NCBI GenBank assembly: GCA_012295275.1
Contig: CM022673.1
Coordinates: 17,236,001-17,300,000 of the forward strand
DNA from: Chrysomallon squamiferum
Taxonomy: Eukaryota > Animalia > Mollusca
Length of the DNA: 64,000 nt
Direction: 5' to 3'
Part shown: positions 56,227 through 64,000 of the stretch, in pieces
How positions within the stretch are numbered: position 1 is the stretch's first letter
How the letters are laid out: every line of letters starts with the position of its first letter
Program-made: the position numbers and the translations under genes
Notes under the pieces: model-generated
The model's input: only the letters and a program-made list of their open reading frames with translations
What the model was told of the DNA's origin: nothing
Database searches by the model: none

Positions 56227-56720
56227 TTACTACCATTACTACGAATAAACAAATAAATAAATAAACTGAATAAAACATCAAATGTAATTATGTACAGACA
56301 GCTAAGCGATGATATCAGAACGTCGTGTTGGTCTGAAATTCTGACTTTCATGTTTTTTTTTAGAACTGTTTGATGAAGAACAGAAACAGATATTTTGGTC
56401 TCATCTTTGACTTGCTTCCAGATTTCAGATAACTACAAACTAAACAAACATCTCGTTAATTTTACGTATTTTTATTTCTCTGAATTGAAGGATGCATATC
56501 ATTGATGCTTTTTATGTGTATGTTGTAAAAAAAAAAAAGATAAAAACAAGGTGAATGAAAATGGAGATAATTTTTGTTGATGTTTCGGGTATATAATTAC
56601 AGCTGACTGACCAGTAATCTTTGTTTCAAAGGCAAATGTTAGACTACAGTTAGTAAATTGACAAGAACACCCTTAAAAAAACAACAACAACAGCATCAAC
56701 AACACAACAACTACAAAATC

Positions 56721-56771
<51 letters not shown>

Positions 56772-57679
56772 TCAACAACAATAATAATAATATAAAATAA
56801 TATAAAATAATAAATAATTAAGAATAATAGTAAAGCAATTGTAAAAGAAACAAGATTAACAAATGAAAAAGTAAAAATAATTAAAGGAATATATTTGTGT
56901 TACTTTAACAAAATGTCTCTTTGTATGTTTATCTGTTTCTGTTATCAAATTATAGAGGAATATGTGAAACAAAAAATTCTCATCAAAAATACATTAATAC
57001 GAATCTTTGTTTGAGGTAAAAAATATTTAAACCAGACAGTGGGGCTATTTCAGTATTCAATGATATTAAAAGTATATTACTGCCAACAAATACATTTATC
57101 TATTTAATTAATACAATCGTAAAAATGTCACGCCAATCAACGTTATCGTGATTTATAATTATATATTTTCGGTTCTAGCCGTTTATCGATATCAGGGTAA
57201 TCATGGAAAATTCAGTGATTTGTTGTTGGCTTTTTGCAGGTTTTTCTTTTTTTTTTCTTATTATTATATTGGTATTGTTCAAACAGCATTCCAGTTTTCA
57301 CGGACAATACAGCGACATAAATGAGTATATAAAATATATAGCAGTTTTATACTCAAATGACATTATATTGATTGTATAGACCAGTGATTGTAATTACTAT
57401 AATCTCTAGTGGCTGTACAGAAGTGACTTTTTTGGTGACTAGTGACTACTAAACGACTGTGCAGACTGCGGTGATGGTGGTTTCTATCGTTAACATACCT
57501 GTCTGGTCAATCTTAAGATCTTAATCTATTTTCCACACAGCGGCGGATTTCCTGTTTTGTCTGTCTTGATACAAACAATTTATCTCACTGATTTAACATT
57601 TCACTGAAAACCCGCATATCGGGTTAGCGTCAATCAAGTATAATGATATTTAAGTATTTATTTCTGTTTTATCTGTAGA

Positions 57680-57802
<123 letters not shown>

Positions 57803-58861
57803 ATTTCTACCCATCTTTATACAATTATCTTTAAAATCTAAGAGATAGCGAGAGAGATAAAGAAGCAGAGAGATCGAGACAGAGACAGAGCGAGAGACAA
57901 AAGAAAAAGAAAGAGAGATATTACAAAGAGTAAGATGGACATTAACAAACTTTTGCAAGACGTTTATGTGTATCTGATTATATCACAACAACAACAATAA
58001 AAACAACAATAAACTCTTCTTATTATCATTACTGTCATGCATCATATATGAACGTTTTCATACATGAACACAAACAAAAACTCTTGCATATAAATATTTA
58101 TTGTTAGAATGTCATAAACAACATTCTGCCGATAGAGATTCGAACATGTGACATCTGTTTTTCAATGGTCAGGGCCAAACTACATGAACAGAAAAATACA
58201 CAATCCTGTGTTTTCAGTTTTGGGTACTAACACTGTGGATCCTGGGAGGGTGTATATCGTTAAAACATTCATGATGTGATTCTCAGATATCTTGCCACCG
58301 CTGATAAACTATAAAATGTAACCTTGACAACCGATAAACGAAATAATCTCATCTTGACAACCGCAGGGAGTACGATGCTGTTTATTCTTATCTTTAATAA
58401 ACATCGTAATATAAATCTCTGTTGGTTAAAACACGAAGGTAATGATGTTGTTTTGTTGTTTACTCAGCTTAATGAGAAAATGCGTATGCTGTGCATGTAT
58501 GTTTGTATGTCTGTAAGCGTGTGTATGTGTATCTTTGCATGTATGTATGTATGTATTTAATGTATGCGTGTGTGTGTATTATGTATCTATGTATGTATGT
58601 ATGTTTGCACGCATGCATGTGTGTACGTACACGTGCATGTATATATATGTACACATATACATATATATACACACATATATACATATACACATACATATAT
58701 ACATACACATATATACATATACACATACATACCTATATACATATACATGGATCTATGTACGTAAGAATGAATGAGTGTATGTATGTATGTATGTATGTAT
58801 GTATGTATGTATGTGTATATGTGTGTATATATTTGATAGTTTTAAATTTCTTTTAGTATAA

Positions 58862-58902
<41 letters not shown>

Positions 58903-60972
58903 GAATGCGTTAATTAATTTCTCTTCTCGTTAATTTACTTTAATTTTTACTTTTCACTTTTCACTTTGTTAACAGTTTCTGCAGTAATATCTGTAGTAAT
59001 ATCTCTCGCTGATTTGAAACACCGAAGTTCTGTTTCACATTATCCAGTGACCTAGAAACGTAGCCTCGGTTTCACTTCGTTTCAACACCATTTCATTCTC
59101 AGACAGGTAAACTAATTAACCAGCTAATTAGAGATACAAAGACTGCAGCTGCCATGTCCTTCAAATTTAGTTGGTCAATTACTTTACCATAGTTTAAATT
59201 TCGTATTCAAGGGAAGCTACTAGGTCTACCAAAAGAGACTAACGATTATCGTCCTTACAAATTGAGTTACGTCTGACTGCGGTAAAACTATAACCTTTCT
59301 TACTGCTGCATTTCTTTAAGTTAGTAGGTAAATATCATAATGTTATTTATTTAGTTAGTTTTTTCCTTATCCAGTAAATATATAAACGAATAATAAATAA
59401 GCATGCAAATAAATAAAAATAAACTAATGATTATATTATAAACAAAACAAAAACACAACAAAACAACAACCCCCCCAAAAAACCCCAACAAAAACATATA
59501 AAGAATTAAAGAAATAATGAAAAAAGGCAATAAAGAACGAAAGAAAGAAGGAAAGAAAGAAAGAAAAGATAAGAAAATCGCAATACATCGACAAAATAAA
59601 AAGGGAAAAGAAAATGATAAAATGTATGTGTGTACATAAATAAAATAAATATACCGATGATGATAAATAAGTAAAACTAAAACTCATTCTGACACAAAAC
59701 CAGCTGAATTGGCGATAAGAACTGGAGATAAATGTTTTAAATAGTTTTCCTGCAGAACTACACGCTACAAAGCGTTCTAAAGACGTAACAACTTTTCCGA
59801 TGATCGACGTCAAATGAAATGATATAAATAGACACTGCAGATATTTATAGCGTATTTACATATAGTATCTTTAAAATAAAATAAAATAAAAAAAATAAAG
59901 TAAAATAAAATAAATAAAATAAAATAATAAAATAAAATAAAATAATTTCATTGCGAAGCTAATGATCTGTTTTGGAGTTAGGCTGGAAATCAAACATCTG
60001 TTGTTGTTTTAAAATTATCTTTCCTATTTCAGTGCATAGATATGTGTTTGTCTTTGTCTGCGTGTGTGTGTGTCTTTATGTAGGTATCTAAATAATTAAA
60101 TACTTATCTATGTACGGATGCATGAAAATTGTATATCCATGCAGTTGTATTTGTCATAGTTTCAGTCTGTCTATTTGTAAACACATCTCAGTATTTCATT
60201 ACGTTACAGGTCAGTAACAGGAGTGAAATAAAGATTTCGTCTCACCTGTTACGTTTGTCAAGATTTTCTGGATAAACCCAAAAACCTCTTTGTAGCTGAA
60301 ACACAGTTATTATTGTAACTCAGTATACATAAATTATTGTTCAGTTAAATTTTATTTCTGACAGCCATATTTAGGTTAATTTCTGATTAATGTACTTAGA
60401 GAGGCAATTTATTTGAATATTATTTTTCTTTGTCATAAATTGCTACAGAAACTGATCCCATTATCTAGAGATGTATGGGTAATGCTTGAGAATTATTGCC
60501 GTTAATGATAAATTACTGTCTGTTGTATTAAAAATTAATGAAGAAACATTAGCTATTAGTTATTTTAATAACATACTGTGGTATCAAATGAAATGAAATG
60601 GCTTTATTGATTAAGAAACCAAATATGATAACAAGTCAAAAAAAAAAAAAAAAATAAAAAATAAAAAAAAAAAATAATAAAATAGTAGTACTAGTAGTAG
60701 TAGTAATAATAATAATAAAATAAAAAATTAGGATAAAACTTTTAAATAAAAAATAAATAAAGAAATCAAAAAATTAAAAAGTATAAAACAAGTAAAAACA
60801 ACAACAAAAAAACGTATGTATGTTTGTATGTACGTATGTATGTGTGTATGTATCTGTATGTATGTATATGTATGTATATGTATGTATGTATATGTATGTA
60901 TGTATATGTATGTATGTATATGTATGTATGTATGTATGTATGTGTGTGTGTATGTATGTATGTATGAATATG

Positions 60973-62172
60973 CGTGTGTGTGTATTTGTGTGGGAGAGTG
61001 AGTGTGTGTATTTGTGTGGGAGAGTGTGTGTGTATTTGTGTGGGAGAGTGTGTAAATCTGTGTGGGAGAGTGTGTGTGTATTTGTGTGGGAGAGTGAGTG
61101 TGTGTATGTATTTGTGTGGGAGAGTGTGTGTGTGTATGTGTGTGGGAGAGTGTGTGTGTATTTGTGTGGGAGAGTGTGTGTATTTGTGTGGGAGTGTGTG
61201 TATTTGTGTGTGGGAGAGAGTGTGTGTGTGTATTTGTGTGGGGAGAGTGTGTGTGTATTTGTGTGGGAGAGTGTGTGTGTGTATTTGTGTGGGAGAGTGT
61301 GTGTGTGTATTTGTGTGGGAGAGTGTGTGTGTATTTGTGTGTGGGAGAGATGTGTGTGTATTTGTGTGTGTGTATGTATTTGTGTGGGAGAGCGTGTGTG
61401 TGTATTTGTGTGGGGAGTGTGTGTATTTGTGTGGGAGAGAGTGTGTGTATGTATTTGTGTGGGAGAGTATGTATTTGTGGGAGTGTGTGTGTATTTGTGT
61501 GGGGAGAGAGTGTGTGTGTGTATTTGTGTGGGAGAGTGTGTGTGTGTATTTGTGTGGGAGATGTGTGTGTATTTGTGTGGGAGAGTGTGTATGTATTTGT
61601 GTGGGGGAGAGTGTGTGTGTGTATTTGTGTGGGAGAGTGTGTGTGTGTATTTGTGTGGGAGAGTGTGTATGTGTATTTTTGTGGGAGAGTATGTGTAGTG
61701 TGTGTATTTGTGTGGGGGAGAGTGAGTGTGTGTGTTTGTGTGGGAGAGTGTGTGTATTTGTGTGGGGAGAGAGTGAGTGTGTGTGTTTTGTGGGAGAGTA
61801 TGTGTGTGTATTTGTGTGGGAGAGTATGTGTGTGCATTTGTGTGGGAGAGTGTGTGTATGTATTTTGTGTGTGTAGTATTTGTGTGAGCGTGTGTGTGTA
61901 TTTGTGTGGGAGAGGTGTGTGTGTGTGTATTTGTGTGGGAGTGTGTGTGTATTTGTATAGGAGAGTGTGTATGTATTTGTGTGTGGTATGTGTAGTGGGA
62001 GAGTGTGTATATATATTTGTGTGGGAGAGTGTGTGTGTGTATTTGTGTGGGAGAGTGTGTGTATGTATTTGTGTGGGAGAGTGTGTGTGTATTTGTGTGG
62101 GAGAGTGTGTGTATGTATTTGTGTGGGAGAGTGTGTGTGTGTATTTGTGTGGGAGAGTGCGTGTGTGTATAT
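60973..62172. repeat. Variable-length (about 20-26 bp) minisatellite, consensus (gt)n-atttgtgtgggaga
   Basis: Roughly 50 units; source of the 290-480 aa HT/CV-rich spurious ORFs. Confidence 0.97.
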
Positions 62173-62416
62173 GTGCGGCTTTCTGAGTGGCCCGCCTAAT
62201 TTCACAAGGAAAATAATATTAATTAAAATGTTATAAAATGAGTCTATTTTTGTATATACTAAAACACATGTACATTATTTTTTATATTATAACAGTTCCT
62301 GAAGTTAAATGAAAATGACAAATTTCTTAAAATGATCTCTTCGTAAAAACACAAACTCGCCTAAATTAGTACCATGTCTTGTTTGGCCCGCTTCTCGAAA
62401 AAAGTTGCCATGCCTA
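62173..62416. mobile_element. Possible right end of a non-autonomous hAT (Charlie-like) DNA transposon
   Basis: Two subterminal tggcccgc motifs (about 62188 and 62384) and the ending aaaaaagttgccatgcct, similar to recalled hAT-Charlie termini (GGCCCGC...AAAAGTTGCCCATGCCTG). No matching left end was found. Confidence 0.4.
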
Positions 62417-62734
62417 GTATAAAACATAAAATGAGTATACTTGCAGAAAACAGTTTGTACACGCCAATCAGGAAGATATCATTATGTTCACATATTGAAA
62501 CGTAGTCTTCATAATGATATTATGGGTGTCTTTGTAATTTCACACACTGCATTTGCAAACATCTGCACAGTCACGTGTCTAGATTTTACTCTGTCATACA
62601 TTACCTACAGCACTTCTTGACCATCCAAAGGGATGAAAAGAGAAATAATGTGTTTTTCAGTCAAAGTTTAAATCATCGATACAGAAAAGTCAATAAAAAA
62701 TCCCCACAGGAGTCATTTATTGGCACTAGACTTG

Positions 62735-62765
<31 letters not shown>

Positions 62766-62960
62766 AAAGCATAAACTGATTTTGAAATAAATTTTATTAT
62801 CCCTTTATGAAAGCTAAATTTATGAAGATGTTCCAAGGAAACTCACATGAAGAGGTCAGTTACACGTAACGACATCAGTACATGACGACATCATGGTAAC
62901 TACATACGTCATCAGTACCATTCGGTGACATTTCCAGCACGGGCACTTTGTTATAACAAA

Positions 62961-63016
62961 CAAATAAACACCAGGACACTACAAAACAAATAAACACCAG
63001 GACACTACAAAACAAA
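62961..63016. repeat. 26-bp perfect tandem duplication
   Basis: caaataaacaccaggacactacaaaa at 62961-62986 and 62987-63012. Confidence 0.9.
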
Positions 63017-64000
63017 TTACATCATGGAAATATTGCAATCCTCCTGCAGATTACGTGTTCATGTGGCGTCGACATCATCAGCATGCTGATGACATGAATG
63101 GAAATCAGTTGTCGAGACCGGTGAATACCAATTTAAGCTGAAGTGTGAAACATCTGCATATTTACTGACGTTGACACACGCTTCAGGTCAGCGTTTGCAC
63201 TTTGAAACGTAATCAGCTTAGTGACGGACGTTTACTGTTCCGAAGAAACGCATCACTGAACGTGTGAAGCCTTTTTCTATAATTATAACAGTTTTCCTAC
63301 GAAAAGATAAAACTACGACATCTTTTGTTCTGTGGATGTAAAAAGGAAATAATCTAACTTTCTTTTCTTTTTTTCGTTTATTCGTAATAACACTCCAAGT
63401 GTTGCAGTTCGCTAACTCTATCACTGACACAGAACTAGCTGTCTGGATCGTTGTGTGAAATGATCAAATCAGTGACCCTCTGTGTCACAGTTTACTTAAA
63501 CACTTGTTCGCTTGGAAGAATGCAGAAAATCACTAGCTGTTGTCCTCGTCGTAATCAAATATACAACGTCTGGACAACGTGGTCTTCCTCTATTTCAACA
63601 AATTAGAGAAGACACTGTTGCAAATCTGAAAAGACGTTTTCTCTTTCTGGAACATCTTGGTAATGACATGGTAATGACGTCATATTTGTCTGTATTATAC
63701 TCAAGTATGGATCTATCTGATAGTGAGATCGTAGTGAATTAACGAACAGATTCTTCATTTAATGACTACTGCATTGTTTTTGTGTTTTTTAACTTCTTTT
63801 TTTTTTTACTCTTTTTTTCAGCTGGTATCAATTATTGTTTTTTGGTGGTGTTCTTTGGTTCCTTTATTGACGTCACGATAAAAGGAAACTTTTCATTCTC
63901 TGCGATACATTGAGTAGCAAGAGTTCTTTTACAGTGAAAGAAACATAAATTTATGCGTATATGTATGTATGTATGAATGTATGAGTGTGTATGTTTATAT

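Noticed and set aside
60728-62236. ORFs of 290-479 aa rich in HT or CV
   Set aside because: Minisatellite and (TATG)n translations, open in several frames on both strands.
63512-63900. 76-aa ORF and the acceptor at about 63821 as exon 2 of the gene at 53041
   Set aside because: The phase-0 reading after the acceptor stops within 20 codons, and the ORF has no recognisable motif or splice support.

Overview
AT-rich, microsatellite-dense eukaryotic (invertebrate, probably molluscan; inference) genomic DNA with spliced genes. Nearly all ORF-track entries are translations of simple repeats. Models assembled by hand from GT-AG exons: (1) last coding exon and probable long 3' UTR of a RASSF7/8-like gene (+); (2) a 3-exon, 196-aa Cdc42-subfamily Rho GTPase with no CAAX box and a shortened insert helix (+); (3, 4) two tandem but very divergent 3-exon GPI-anchored Ly6/uPAR three-finger (quiver/sleepless-like) genes (+); (5) a 10-coding-exon, about 1001-aa Dispatched-family RND/SSD transporter (-) with one +1 frameshift in exon 2; (6) an unidentified first coding exon with a signal/anchor segment (+). 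Also present: a decayed RTE-X-like LINE, a hAT-like element end, two large minisatellites, a dispersed repeat pair, and a CpG-rich candidate bidirectional promoter. I see no convincing new multi-gene system. The best leads are the atypical Rho, the dispatched frameshift and the Ly6 pair.
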